Below are positions 12,001 to 19,530 of a stretch of 64,000 nt of DNA, in pieces. The DNA comes from Nitrosopumilus sp. Lineage in GTDB: Archaea > Thermoproteota > Nitrososphaeria > Nitrososphaerales > Nitrosopumilaceae. The stretch covers positions 352,001-416,000 of the forward strand of contig OZ243974.1 in assembly GCA_965214775.1 (NCBI GenBank), given 5' to 3'. The translations under genes were made by a program, and so were the position numbers. The notes beneath the pieces were generated by a model. That model had not been told where the DNA came from. It saw only the letters and a program-made list of their open reading frames with translations, and searched no databases. The number at the start of each line of letters is the position of its first letter. Within the stretch, counting starts at the first letter, position 1.

Positions 12001-12941
12001 CCGTACGTTTTAGCAAGCAACAGCTCGTCTGTGTCTTTTATCTGCCCGGCCGCTGTAGGGTTGTCAGGATCGGTAACGTCTATGATCTGGAGGCCGCCGC
12101 TGGCGCGGGACGTTACCGCCGCGTATGGCTTCTCCCCGATCTCAAAGATGGTCACACCCCGGGTTTTGTTAAGCAACAGATCCTCCCCACCCCCGTTTGT
12201 AGTCTCGGTGTATGCAAGATTCCCTGCGGCGGCGGGACTGTCCGGGTTTGTGATATTTATAATCTGGAGACCGTTTTCATTGATGGAGGTCACGGCCGCA
12301 TATGTGCTGCTGCCTATCTGAAACGTGTCCACGTCATGCGCGCCGCCAAGCAGCAGTGTGTCGTCATCTGCAATCTTTCCGGCGGCGTCCGGATCATAAG
12401 GATCGGTGACGTCTATGATCTGGAGGCCGCCGCTGGCGCGATTCGAGGCCACGGCCGCATAGGTGTTCTGTCCGATTGCAAACGTGTCCACGCCGAAGGC
12501 CTTGCCGAGTAGCAATCCGTCCGAGTCACCAGTATCTACCAGATGTCCTGCCGTTGACGGACTGGCCGGGTTTGTAATATTTATAATCTGGAGGCGGTGC
12601 TCCCCAAAGGAGGTCACGGCCGCGTATGTGCTGCTGCCTATCTGAAATGTGTCCACGTCACGGGTGTCATCAAGCATTGCTAGCTGGCTGACGGGGGACG
12701 GATTGCCCGGATTGGTGACATCGATCAGTTGGAGGCCGCCTTCACTAATGGATGTCACGGCCGCGTATGTTCTACTGCCTATCTCAAATGTGTCCACACC
12801 ACGGGCTTCACCAAGCAGTACTGACGGGCTCTCATCCAGCTGGCCGGCGGGCACCATCCTGATCAGCAGACTCTGCTGCGAGTATGCCTCGTGCATGTAG
12901 CCCATGCCTGCCAGGCCCGAGACGGCAGCTGCGGTTATCAC
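1..12941 (-). CDS. Giant surface/adhesin-like protein (>4300 aa, 3' end beyond window): signal peptide, LVIVD-type beta-propeller repeats, Ig-like spacers, about 27 DUF5011-like Ig repeats
   Basis: Absent from the ORF track, consistent with having no stop inside the window. The same minus frame reads sensibly at both ends (MGYMHEAYSQQSLLIR at 12905; YMTFTAPMRQTGTSYVGVS at positions 59-3). Repeats of the type LLLGGA.DVDTFE.DGRTYAAVTS...GLQLVDITDP at ~7420-12870 and DTTKPVITL.G...Y.DPGATATD...DYTVTY at ~1030-7410. Start uncertain (GTG 12941 or ATG 12905; upstream in-frame stop at 13053-13055). Confidence 0.9.
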   Translation of the reverse strand, partial: MITAAAVSGLAGMGYMHEAYSQQSLLIRMVPAGQLDESPSVLLGEARGVDTFEIGSRTYAAVTSISEGGLQLIDVTNPGNPSPVSQLAMLDDTRDVDTFQIGSSTYAAVTSFGEHRLQIINITNPASPSTAGHLVDTGDSDGLLLGKAFGVDTFAIGQNTYAAVASNRASGGLQIIDVTDPYDPDAAGKIADDDTLLLGGAHDVDTFQIGSSTYAAVTSINENGLQIINITNPDSPAAAGNLAYTETTNGGGEDLLLNKTRGVTIFEIGEKPYAAVTSRASGGLQIIDVTDPDNPTAAGQIKDTDELLLAKTYGVGIAVVDARTYAVVAFPTRSTLQLVDVTDPYSPFTAGSLSDSNSLLLKRVRDVAVFEADGDTHVAVSSNEGFQVVKLESLRPEFESAEFDENTGVLTVTFDEKVYVNAIHTSRLHIGSPGQDSVSLAGATVYDRGDDSETVSIRLTLTVSQWRDVIALDTPHLDIGDGAVTDLDGQYITASEGNTIDVVPDVTKPAFESAYLDVETGDLTIYFDGILDASETDAGMLYISEAEQDNQIPLAGMGHDPNAADSASFSVTLGEQQLRAVIAMTEPQIDIATGAVRDLAGNAIDESADNPVAYVGPDHPEPSGSLADGGDLLLRKTDHVDVFEADGRTYAAVTSRVEGGLQLVDITDPAHPVPAGGLQDNEQILLGGALGVDIFEADGRTYAAVTSRGEDGLQLVDVTDPASPAAAGSIEDGSLYLERAWDVDTFRIGSNTYAAVISLESRGLQIIDVTDPDNPTAAGQLEDTEPTDPPGEDELLLGGAYDVDTFRIGSNTYAAVTSLTEGGLQIIDVTDPDNPTAAGQVPPSTPDQLLSVLKGMDIFEADGRTYAVAVSASDDNLVIIDVTNPASPAVVGSLADGDPLSLDDAQDVDTFRIDGSVYAVVTSPADDGLRVVDISNPRKPATAGVLTDTIDTLLGGANRVDMFELDGSVYAAVTSGVDGGLQIVKLHARDTLGPAFVSAFFDQNEGVLSITFSEPLDGSRTDLALLHVSETGQDSEVSLDDAVQVSDESRPETISLELDELQRLLVIRMGTPQIDIGAGAVYDVVGNAISESADNPVTVVLNTVTTADITNDSFMLLESAKDVAVFETGGGKYAAVTSDKSGGLQIVNVNNANRPIIEGQLAEDDSVLLGEAHGVDTFRIDNNIYAAVTSNKEDGLQIVDITDPGSPTAAGNLTDSDDLLLDDVVDVDTFAIGGSTYAAVISFGAGGLQIVDITDPGSPTAAGKLADSDDLQLGGASDVDTFQIGGSTYAAVTSLDEGGLQLVDITDPDTPENAGRVLHTSEVPLLYSTGVNVFEADGSTYAAVTSISTPGRLQIINVTTPDNPAAVGQLADTGELLLGGASDVDTFQIGGSTYAAVASSSDHGLQLVDITDPKMPLAAGFLPDTEYTLLKDANVVRTFELDGSVHAIVISREENGIQIVDIAIPASPIPRGSLSTDPGLHLGSAYAVDTYETGGGTYAVATSDSESFLQIVDVTDPDAPIPAGRISDNEDLLLEGVRDIDIFMLKDRIYAATVASEMENHGLQLVDITDPTDPLPAGSFEDRTEPNPTLLTDSRTVDIFRIGDLTYAIVTAFKENGLQVLNITNPANITAAGHLGGPETDWRGISPIAVDTYKKGQNTYGIVTRSSILVQPTTYDIVIFDVTDPMSPTVLGTLTDTDELLLEDTRDVDIFESGDNTYAAITSLLGAGLQIVDITDPRNLQPAGQLRYEGGIAPLIRADNRDLDIFEIGGTTYGVIASGSDDRLRLIDISNPDIPVFAGDLLAGEDDLLRDTRGVDAFELRGNAYAVTVSSGEDGIQVWKLVTNVHARPIIMLVGDDPLTHELGTPYKDPGATVLYSDPAYDAPVIIDHSDVDVSKRGDYAVTYTATDAHGNTRIVERTVLVRDTTPPVITPNGSDPLAHELGDEYEDPGAVVTDNDPAYDGTATATGAVNADVKGDYAVTYTAPADAAGNVPVPVTRTVTVEDTTKPVITLNGAATMTIELGTGTYTEQGATVSDNDPAYTTTEATVGGDTVDVNSLGTYVVSYTAPADAAGHMPDSVTRTVTVSDMTAPVINLNPPNPLRHELGDSPYVDPGATASDNSDVTIDDSDVDVNVSGDYTVRFSATDGSSNTGTATRTVEVRDTTSPVITLKGNATMTVELGTGTYTEQGAAVSDNDPAYGTTKATVGGDTVNTNAAGTYTVTYTAPADAANNEPDDVDRTVTVEDTTKPVITLNGAATMTIELGTGTYTEQGATVSDNDPAYTTTEATVGGDTVDVNSLGTYVVSYTAPADAAGHMPDSVTRTVTVSDMTAPVINLNPPNPLRHELGDSPYTDPGATTDDGSAVTINSTAVDVYVHGDYVVTFKATDGEGNEGMASRTVQVRDTTPPTISVAGDDPATVELGDDYTDAGATATDNDPLYDGTVTNDSVNVDADQSGDYTVTYTATDPSSNTATATRAVKVQDTTKPVITLTGDQNITIEKGGTYTEQGATVSDNDPAYTTTEAAVGGATVDTGSVGRYAVTYTAPADAAGNVPDTVTRTVIVQDTNAPIITLDGDNPLEHEMGDSPYTDPGATTDDGSAVIINSTAVDVYVHGDYVVNFSATDGEGNEGMASRTVQVRDTTPPTISVAGDDPATVELGDDYTDAGATATDNDPLYDGTVTNDSVNVDADQSGDYTVTYTATDPSSNTATATRAVKVQDTTKPVITLTGDQNITIEKGGTYTEQGATVSDNDPAYTTTEAAVGGATVDTGSVGRYAVTYTAPADAAGNVPDTVTRTVIVQDTNAPIITLDGDNPLEHEMGDSPYTDPGATTDDGSAVIINSTAVDVYVHGDYVVNFSATDGEGNEGMASRTVQVRDTTPPTISVAGDDPATVELGDDYTDAGATATDNDPLYDGTVTNDSVNVDADQSGDYTVTYTATDPSSNTATATRAVKVQDTTKPVITLTGDQNITIEKGGTYTEQGATVSDNDPAYTTTEAAVGGATVDTGSVGRYAVTYTAPADEAGNVPDTVTRTVIVQDTNAPIITLNGDNPLEHEMGDSPYTDPGATTDDGSAVIINSTAVDVYVHGDYVVNFSATDGEGNEGMASRTVQVRDTTPPTISVAGDDPATVELGDDYTDAGATATDNDPLYDGTVTDDSVNVDADQSGDYTVTYTATDPSSNTATATRAVKVQDTTKPVITLTGDQNITIEKGGTYTEQGATVSDNDPAYTTTEAAVGGATVDTGSVGRYAVTYTAPADEAGNVPDTVTRTVIVQDTNAPIITLDGDNPLEHEMGDSPYTDPGATTDDGSAVTINSTAVDVYVHGDYVVNFSATDGEGNKGMASRTVQVRDTTKPVIEITGDQNITIEKGDTYTEQGATVTDNDRLYAGTATPSGAVDTGSVATYTITYSAPADAAGNVPDTVTRTVIVQDTNAPIITLDGDNPLAHEMGDSPYTDPGATADDGSTVIINSTAVDVYVKGDYIVNFSATDGEGNKGMASRTVQVRDTTKPVISVAGDDPATVELGDDYTDAGATATDNDPLYDGTVTNDSAGVDAGRSGDYTVTYTATDPSSNTATATRAVKVQDTTKPVITLTGDQNITIEKGGTYTEQGATVSDNDPAYTTTEAAVGGATVDTGSVGRYAVTYTAPADGAGNIPNTVTRTVIVQDTNAPIITLNGANPLEHEMGDSPYVDPGATADDGSTVIINSTAVDVYVHGDYVVNFSATDGEGNKGMASRTVQVRDTTKPVIEITGDQNITIEKGDTYTEQGATVTDNDRLYAGTATPSGAVDTGSVATYTITYSAPADAAGNVPDTVTRTVIVQDTNAPIITLDGDNPLAHEMGDSPYTDPGATADDGSTVIINSTAVDVYVKGDYIVNFSATDGEGNKGMASRTVQVRDTTKPVITLTGDQNVTVELGGTYTEQGATVSDNDRAYSTTEATVGGDTVDVDSVNTYTVTYTAPADAAGNEPDQVTRIVHVSDRLPPLTFTSATLDENTGAMTVTFSETVDISATGLSLLYISDENQTNTIPLDGAEMDFSSADVETLSLTLAGSQLRHVIPMGTPQLDISTGAVSDLLGIPIDESPDNPIALIENDRPAFSSATLDENTGAMTIAFSETVDVSATNLSLLYVSDEGQTNTVLLDGAEMDFSSADVETLSLTLVESQLNRVIPMGTPQLDISTAAVSDILGNPIEESPDNPIILTELIRAGDDDDNDDDGNDNRSPIGDQGGTGEGSVGQHFNHTGRGKFVDPAYIASISWDCSAGLVTIDAGPVSDSLWVSVRTAGDGVTRAAATGEATDWYMTFTAPMRQTGTSYVGVS
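1030..7000. repeat. Near-identical coding tandem repeats (708-bp, 1173-bp and 723-bp periods) in the DUF5011 stalk
   Basis: Identical antisense ORFs recur at 2050/3223/3931/4639/5347 (offsets 1173, 708, 708, 708); the ~5900 block recurs at ~6620. Confidence 0.92.
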
Positions 12942-13445
12942 CAGGCACAGGGCTGCAGTTCCTGCCGGCCCGGGCGGGTGCTGCCGTACCGCTGCTATGG
13001 CAGGCCACCTCCGGACACGTGGGCGCCAGACACCGCCATGTGCGGCCCTTTCTCACGCGGCTCGACCCGCCGTCCTGCAAAGAGGACTGCCTGCCGCGGG
13101 CCGTACGGGTGTCGTCCGCGCCGCGCACCAACCCTTGTGCAGCAAGGATTCGGATCACATGCTAATGCATAGCAGCTACTCGGAGATGGCCGTCCTGTGC
13201 CCCGATGACGTGGCGGAATCCATCCACCCCCCCCCCGTCGCCAGCGATCGCCGGATGGATCATCTGGCTAATCACTCCCAAAGAGCAGGGCAAGCTTGGG
13301 TCGCCGCGCCCCCCCCCCCGTCGCCGATGATCACCAAGGCTTTGGCATGGATGCCCTGTTGCACGGAAGCATGCAAGACGTTCATTTTGATATTTATACT
13401 AAAATATGGCGTATTATTAAGAGTGTGGCTTGATCATAGTCTTCC

Positions 13446-13588
13446 CAGAGAGCTGGTTCGAGATTAGCAGACTTTGATTATTTGTGAACTGATTTGTATA
13501 AAAGAGCTCAAAACGTCAGCAAAATACGAATCATCCGTGGGATCACTTGAAAAACTCGCGCGGCTTCTGGTTTCGGATCACCTCTCTG
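13446..13588. mobile_element. 143-bp MITE, family A, copy 1
   Basis: Ends CAGAGAGCTGGTTCGAGATTAG / CTGGTTTCGGATCACCTCTCTG; colinear with and the same length as 19531-19673. Confidence 0.75.
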
Positions 13589-13789
13589 AGGAGAAGGCTT
13601 TTCTCGGAAGGAACGTCGTGGGTTCATGCCCCGCACCAACCGCTTCTTTTTTGCCCTGTTTTAATTCTTGATGGGATTCACGCATAAATCCAAGGGGGCT
13701 TAAGGGCAGGCAAACCGCAGAAGGGCTCGGGTCAGATTACAGGAGTCGGGGGCTTGCGCTACAGTAAGGCCAAGGCAGAGGTCTCATTT

Positions 13790-14300
13790 GACGGGATGCG
13801 TCGCAAAGTGGCTTCGAACTGGCAAAAGAGCGCAAGGCGCCGGATGTGAAAGCTGCGTTCAGAAGGATCTTCAAAAAAAGCCAGATTCCTCGGTTTTGAG
13901 ACATGCGGGAGAGCCCGCACGGATTTCGGCTGCCAGACACCGGGAGAGCTTGAAAGATCCAGGAGAGGCGATTCCAAACCAGAAGCCGTGCGAACTCGAG
14001 TGATCTTGCAGGCAGTCTGCATTTTGCCGATGTTTTGGCACGACGTCTTGCTGCATGACTCTGCCTGTTCTGCTGCCACCGCCACCCCGTGCGCAAGCCT
14101 AGCCAGGTGCCCAAGGTATCGCCGGCTACCTGGCGTCGAAGGGCTGGGCAAATCCGGTTACGTGCGGCTTTCCAGCCCGGCTTGCTTTCGGCAGCTTCTG
14201 CCGCGCTTGCTTGTGAGGATGCCAGAGTTGCGGCACTGCGCATGGCGCCTCGCACGAAAGAACGGTCCAGGGGAACTGCCTGAAATATATTCGGCGTGAC
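13790..14300 (+). pseudogene. Possible heavily degraded IS6-like transposase remnant
   Basis: Frame-broken fragments ELAKERKAPDVKAAFRRIF and RHCAWRLARKNGPGELPEI loosely resemble archaeal IS6-type DDE transposases. Confidence 0.25.
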
Positions 14301-14323
14301 TTTTACTACAGGAATTGACGCGG

Positions 14324-15202
14324 ATGCTGAAAAAGGCACTGGAAAATGTGCTCTCCCCGGAGGAAGGCAGGGAGCTGATATCGGCGTTCGATCAGATCGG
14401 CGGCATCATCATCGTCAGAATCCCGGACTCGCTGCTGCCAAAGAAAAAAATTATCGGCGAGACCCTCCTGGAGAAAGTCAAGGTTGCCCGCAGCGTCTTT
14501 TACCAGGCCTCTGAAGTAAAAGGCGATTTCAGGACCAGGAACCTGGAGATTCTGGCAGGCGAGGACAGCACGGAGACGGAGTACAGGGAGTCCGGATGCA
14601 GATTCGCAGTAGACGTACAAAACGCGTTCTTTTCTCCCAGGCTGTCAACTGAGCGGGAGAGAATATCAAACCTTGTCCGGGACGGGGAGGTGGTAACCAA
14701 CATGTTTGCCGGGGTCGGCATGTTCTCCATAATGGCCGCAAAGCAGAAGAGATGCACCGTGTACAGCCTGGACATCAATCCCGCAGCATCAAGGCTGTGT
14801 GAAAAAAACATCAGGCAAAACAAGCTGAAGGGAGACGTCATATCAATCAACGGAGATGCATCCCGGATCATCAGGGAGATACTGCAGGACAAATCAGACA
14901 GGACGTTAATGCTGCTGCCGGAAAGATCAGACGAGTTTTTAGAGTCGGCAATAAATGCCACGAAAAACGGGGGGACAATCCACTACTATTTGCACGTCCA
15001 TGCAGACAAGAAAGCAGACGCGGCAAGGCTCTCTGAGGAGCACTATCTGCAGCAGGCAACAGCTGCTTCTGCTACTGCTGCTGTTACCGACATCCGGTCG
15101 GAGATTCTCGGCTCAAAGGTCGTCAGGGCAGTCGGGCCAAGGTACTACCAGACAGTCGTGGACGTCAGAATCTCAAAGCAGTCAGCCATCAGAGGTCACT
15201 GA
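14324..15202 (+). CDS. Trm5/Taw-type (Met-10+) SAM-dependent tRNA methyltransferase
   Basis: FDQIGGIII, FFSPRLSTERERI, NMFAGVGMFSI, LDINP motifs. Confidence 0.9.
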   Translation: MLKKALENVLSPEEGRELISAFDQIGGIIIVRIPDSLLPKKKIIGETLLEKVKVARSVFYQASEVKGDFRTRNLEILAGEDSTETEYRESGCRFAVDVQNAFFSPRLSTERERISNLVRDGEVVTNMFAGVGMFSIMAAKQKRCTVYSLDINPAASRLCEKNIRQNKLKGDVISINGDASRIIREILQDKSDRTLMLLPERSDEFLESAINATKNGGTIHYYLHVHADKKADAARLSEEHYLQQATAASATAAVTDIRSEILGSKVVRAVGPRYYQTVVDVRISKQSAIRGH

Positions 15203-15400
15203 TGCTGACGACGGTCTTGTCGTTGCCATGACATATCCGATCCACGCGACCACCCCCAGGATGCCCCCGGCAATCATCAGGACAGACAGCTGCAAAACGA
15301 TGGGACTCCATTCAGAAAGCATCAGCAGGTACGCATAAAGGAAAAAGCCACCTATGCACAAGACAAAGATGGTAACTCCCACCCCCTTGCGCCTGTCCAT
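15182..15400 (-). CDS. Conserved thaumarchaeal small membrane protein (2 TM)
   Basis: 72 aa with two hydrophobic segments and WIGYVMATT; lies downstream of rimI. Confidence 0.75.
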   Translation of the reverse strand: MDRRKGVGVTIFVLCIGGFFLYAYLLMLSEWSPIVLQLSVLMIAGGILGVVAWIGYVMATTRPSSASVTSDG

Positions 15401-15461
15401 GGCAAAAAGTTTTCTGCTAGTTATTTATTGGCTTCCTTGGCCATGTCTGCATGTCTGTCTG

Positions 15462-15962
15462 TCATATCTCTATGGCCATGAGATACGCGTCCTCGCCGTC
15501 ACGGTAATACGCGTTAAGCTGCTGTCTTATGACAAATCCAAGCTTCTCGTACAGCCTGACTGCCTCGTTGTTGCTGCAGCGCACCTCTAGATAAAACTCG
15601 TCGCATTTCCGCGATCTTATACCCTTTACGGACTCCTCTACAAGCGCCCTTCCGATCCCCTTATTCCTGAACTCGTCTAGGACTGCCACCGACACGACAT
15701 GGCCCTTTTTTACAAAGCCCAGCTTCTTAAAGTTTGAGAACCCGTGCTCGGTCTTGCACATTATATACCCGACGACATGACTGCCGCCGATCTCGGCTAC
15801 GATGAACGCCTCGGGAAGCTCTGCAAGCAGGCTCTCGTAAAAATAGTCAGAATAGTGCTCCGGAAGGGTCTTCAGGTTTATCTCCATGACGGGAATGATG
15901 TCGCTTGTCTGTGCCCTTCTGATGTTGCAGTCACCGCCCAGCTCTCGAAGAATCACCTGCAT
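15462..15962 (-). CDS. rimI: RimI/Ard1 N-terminal acetyltransferase
   Basis: INLKTLPEHY, GHVVSVAV..FRNKGIG, LEVRCSN, YYRDGEDAYLM. Confidence 0.92.
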   Translation of the reverse strand: MQVILRELGGDCNIRRAQTSDIIPVMEINLKTLPEHYSDYFYESLLAELPEAFIVAEIGGSHVVGYIMCKTEHGFSNFKKLGFVKKGHVVSVAVLDEFRNKGIGRALVEESVKGIRSRKCDEFYLEVRCSNNEAVRLYEKLGFVIRQQLNAYYRDGEDAYLMAIEI

Positions 15963-16045
15963 GCCTGATATCTGTTGCAGGCATCGATATTTAATTTTAT
16001 TAAACCAAAAGACCATTAATGGATAAAATCAGCCCATAACAGAAG

Positions 16046-17164
16046 ATGGATGAATACTCGCAGGATGACATTATCTCCCTTGTAAACTCGATATTCGATG
16101 TTACGGACTTTGCCAGATCAGAGTTCTCCCTGGAGTTTGAGATTGGTAATGCTGATTTCAAGTCAAGGTTCGAGGAGCTTGCCAGACGGCTGGAGGGCAA
16201 CCAGTATGCATGCAGACTGGAAGAAGGTACAGATGGCAAAAGGCGCCGCATCATCGTTCAGAAGTTTTCCATCAAAAGGCAGGGAAGGATAATGAGGTCG
16301 CCATGGACTCCAAGGATCCTGTTTGGAATAGTAGTCGGATTCATTTTGCTTGACGGATACGTCAGGACAAAGTGGGCAAACACGGTCATAGAGTTCGGGG
16401 ATCCGGCCCAGACGGCAGTCATCTATGCGGTTGCCTTGATGGGAATACTGGGAACCCACGAGGCAGGCCACATCGTCGCATCCAAGATCCACAGGCTAAA
16501 GACCACGTGGCCCTATTTTCTGCCGGGAATCCCTGTATACGGAATTCCGACCTTCGGGGCGTTCATCCAGTCCAGGGGACTGACAATAAACAGGGAGATA
16601 CTGTTTGACGTGGCAATTGCAGGACCGGTTGCGGGGCTGATCATCGCAGTCGTTGTCTCGTTTTATGGCGCATACGAGGCCCCGGTTTTGGAGCACGACA
16701 GGATAGGGGAGACAATAGGGGATCTGCAGCTAAGGGAGTTTGAGTTCGGACAGCCGCTGTTTATGATATTTACTTTGGGAGTGTTTGAAAAGGGCCCCAT
16801 ATACGACATCCCCGTCTACCAGACTCCGTTGATGTTTGCAGCCTGGATAGGATTTCTGATCACGTTTCTGAATTTGATGCCCGCATGGCAGCTGGACGGG
16901 GGGCACATGGCAAGAACCCTGTTCGGGGCAAAAATTCACAGACTTGCAACATATGGCAGCCTGGGAGTTCTGGTCCTGCTGAACTTTTGGCCCATGGCAG
17001 TGCTGATCATGGTGATGAGCTCAAAGAACATGAGCGCGACGCCGCTAGACGACGTATCGCCGGTTTCTGCCAGCAGAAAAATCTCGTATGTCGGGGTGGC
17101 AGTCCTGGCTGTCTTGTGCGCGCCGCTGCCGTCCCAGGCAGTGTCTGCGCTTTTGTCATCGTAG
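16046..17164 (+). CDS. Site-2 protease (peptidase M50)
   Basis: HEAGH zinc motif, IAGP, NLMPAWQLDGGH, multiple TM segments. Confidence 0.93.
   Translation: MDEYSQDDIISLVNSIFDVTDFARSEFSLEFEIGNADFKSRFEELARRLEGNQYACRLEEGTDGKRRRIIVQKFSIKRQGRIMRSPWTPRILFGIVVGFILLDGYVRTKWANTVIEFGDPAQTAVIYAVALMGILGTHEAGHIVASKIHRLKTTWPYFLPGIPVYGIPTFGAFIQSRGLTINREILFDVAIAGPVAGLIIAVVVSFYGAYEAPVLEHDRIGETIGDLQLREFEFGQPLFMIFTLGVFEKGPIYDIPVYQTPLMFAAWIGFLITFLNLMPAWQLDGGHMARTLFGAKIHRLATYGSLGVLVLLNFWPMAVLIMVMSSKNMSATPLDDVSPVSASRKISYVGVAVLAVLCAPLPSQAVSALLSS
17129..17161. repeat. Left direct repeat of a 2.8-kb islet (partner 19964-19996)
   Basis: CCGTCCCAGGCAGTGTCTGCGCTTTT(G/C)TCATCG, 32/33 identical between the copies. Confidence 0.85.
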
Positions 17165-17719
17165 CAGCAGCAAGAGCCGCGCAGAATATCTTTCCTTGAG
17201 GTTTGCCGCAAAATCCGTTGCTGCAAAAACGCCGTTCCCAGACGTGGAATGCTCGGGCAGCAGCTTGCCCGGATCGCCCTTTACTGCCGCAGCGCATCTC
17301 TTTTTGTGTACGTTTACTCCTGCGTTGATCACGTTGTCACCTCATCTTTTTTGATCAAAATGCCTGATCCGGGCCGAATCTCCCATTCACCGTCTTCTGC
17401 GCGGCATGATGTGTTGCCTGTCTGTCTGCTGTTGTTAGTCAGTCCGCTGCTGAGCACCCTTGTACATGGCAAGTTCCGATCGACTCTCAGGCCAAATAGC
17501 AATGTCATATTACGAGATACGAATAAGATTTCATGTATAGCAACGAGCAGAAATAATTGAGGTTTTTTACGTGTAGTTATGACCTACTTTGACCCAAAGA
17601 CTTCTGCCCGTTGCCATAGTGCCTGCTGATATGGCCGTCTGCGCCACCACGAGATAGGCACGTTTGGGAAAACTGCCTAAAAATCCATGTTTATTAGTCC
17701 CCGGGTTGATTATAATTGA

Positions 17720-18514
17720 ATGGTAGTTGAAGAGCTTCCCGGAATGCTTTCCTTGCAGCTTGGTGCAGGAGCATCAGCAAGCGAATCAGCTAACGAGTTG
17801 TTTTTAAAAAATACCTCAACTCCCACATTTCCATTCTTGAATGTCAAAATGATACCAGACGATAAACAGGAAGACAGTGTCGTTGAAATTAAAGTGAACA
17901 AGCAGGTTTATGAATTCATAAAAAGTACAGGACAAAGTGACGATCTGGTATTTTTTCTTAACAACTATAATGGTTGTTTAACCCAGTGGGGCTACGACAT
18001 GATCGTTGCGATGAAAGTACTCTCAAAGATGAATGTTTTTGTTGACTTTGAATCTTGGATCAATGATGCAAGGAAGAGTTTGAGTCTTTTCCTAACGAAC
18101 AAAAAAGTTGACGCGACATTTGATCAACAAGATGCACTAAAAAATTCCCGAGAACTACTAAGCGCCATAGGGATTCTAGAGGAAGTTGACAAAAACCAAA
18201 CAATAGTATCGGCTGCAAGAGAGGTACTCAGAGAGAGAAAAATGGATGGAGGAACTTTGATATATCGTTTAGCGATGGCGATCTATCATTCCAACAGAGA
18301 GGGCAGAAGCGAATCAATTCTTGCAATAATGGATGATCCTGGATCTGCATACCTTAAACTAGCAGACAGTCCGACATTTAAAAAATGGGAGAGTGAATTC
18401 TCCGAAATGATGGACGTACACCTGGAATCAAGAATAAAAATCATGAAAGTGTTGATAGCATTTACAGTTTCGTCTTATGTGTACAACAAACTGCAAGGTG
18501 ATAAGAACGAGTAG
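17720..18514 (+). CDS. Hypothetical protein, gene 1 of AT-rich three-gene cassette
   Basis: 264-aa ORF, AT-rich, overlaps the next gene. Confidence 0.75.
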   Translation: MVVEELPGMLSLQLGAGASASESANELFLKNTSTPTFPFLNVKMIPDDKQEDSVVEIKVNKQVYEFIKSTGQSDDLVFFLNNYNGCLTQWGYDMIVAMKVLSKMNVFVDFESWINDARKSLSLFLTNKKVDATFDQQDALKNSRELLSAIGILEEVDKNQTIVSAAREVLRERKMDGGTLIYRLAMAIYHSNREGRSESILAIMDDPGSAYLKLADSPTFKKWESEFSEMMDVHLESRIKIMKVLIAFTVSSYVYNKLQGDKNE

Positions 18515-19181
18515 CAAAGGCAAGATAGAGCACGGATTCAAATCAAAAACAACGATGCAAACAAGACATTATATTCCAATGCATGCACGTATGACTGATC
18601 GAATGGCCATGGCAGACCTTTCTCCGGATGCCATGGCAGACACAGTAGGCTATGCTGAGGCAAATGGCACGCCACGAATATCCAAATCGTGGCTGGAACA
18701 AGCACATCATGAAACCAACATTACAGTAGATCAAGAGTATGAAATTAAAAAAATATTCAACAAGCAGTTTGCAGAAAATACTCCAATACTTGAAAAATTT
18801 GTAGAATATATAGTTGATCGGAAATTACACTCTATGAACGCAGCATCCCAATCACATGATATTCAGGACCGGCTTGAACCTGCAAAAAAGAACACATTGC
18901 CAGAAATCGATATAATAAAGAGGCTAATCCGTGAGCTGTTCAATAAAATCGAGCCTGTCAGAACGATCTCATACAGGCAAAGCGGTAACAAGCTGATTTT
19001 GGTAATAGTGTATGATAACCAGGATCATGAGAGCATGTTTGATCAAATAGAGGATGAACTGATTAGATTAGAAAACGTTCTGCCAGAATACGAGTTTGAG
19101 CCCTGGATCCTACACAACTCAGAATTAGAAGAGAGACATTTGCACGGCGCAAAAACCATACTGCAAAAACCCCGAATATGA
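18477..19181 (+). CDS. Hypothetical protein, C-terminus possibly degenerate MNT-like
   Basis: C-terminal alpha/beta segment (VRTISYRQSGNKLILVIVYD...YEFEPWILH); ATGA overlap with the HEPN gene; start uncertain. Confidence 0.65.
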   Translation: MCTTNCKVIRTSSKGKIEHGFKSKTTMQTRHYIPMHARMTDRMAMADLSPDAMADTVGYAEANGTPRISKSWLEQAHHETNITVDQEYEIKKIFNKQFAENTPILEKFVEYIVDRKLHSMNAASQSHDIQDRLEPAKKNTLPEIDIIKRLIRELFNKIEPVRTISYRQSGNKLILVIVYDNQDHESMFDQIEDELIRLENVLPEYEFEPWILHNSELEERHLHGAKTILQKPRI

Positions 19182-19525
19182 CATCAAACTGGCACGCAGT
19201 GCAAAGCATTCACAACAAAGACGCGTCGGATTTTCTTAATACGAAAACACCTGCCTATGTCGATTGGGAAATCACAAGTTTGTTTTATTCTGCATTGCAT
19301 CTAGTGGATGCATACTGTGCCAAAAATCAGGCAGAACAACAACTATCCAATCATCGTGAGCGGAGCAAGTTTGTAAGAGAAAATCTTTCATCATGATATG
19401 AATCCTATAAAAAACTCTATGATCCAAGTATAAAATCAAGGTATCTCAAGGGGGGGAAAATCAATCCCTCGTGGTTAAACATTGCAAAAAATAACTATGA
19501 TGCGCTCAAATCCAGCCTGCCATAA
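19178..19525 (+). pseudogene. HEPN-domain protein with in-frame TGA at 19394-19396
   Basis: DWEITSLFYSALHLVDAY..NHRER; the frame continues past the TGA as YESYKKLYDPSIKSRYL...SLP* (HEPN-type S..SRY). Confidence 0.75.
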
Positions 19526-19530
19526 TCATC

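Noticed and set aside
22-12900. Numerous plus-strand ORFs in the track
   Set aside because: Antisense shadows of the GC-rich repetitive giant minus-strand gene.
17200-17700. Possible IS66 transposase remnant
   Set aside because: Only a weak TNN-like fragment in broken frames.
19394-19396. Selenocysteine or stop-codon recoding at the in-frame TGAs (19394, 49901)
   Set aside because: TGA is used as a normal stop throughout, the proteins are not redox enzymes, and no SECIS was seen; nonsense mutation is simpler.
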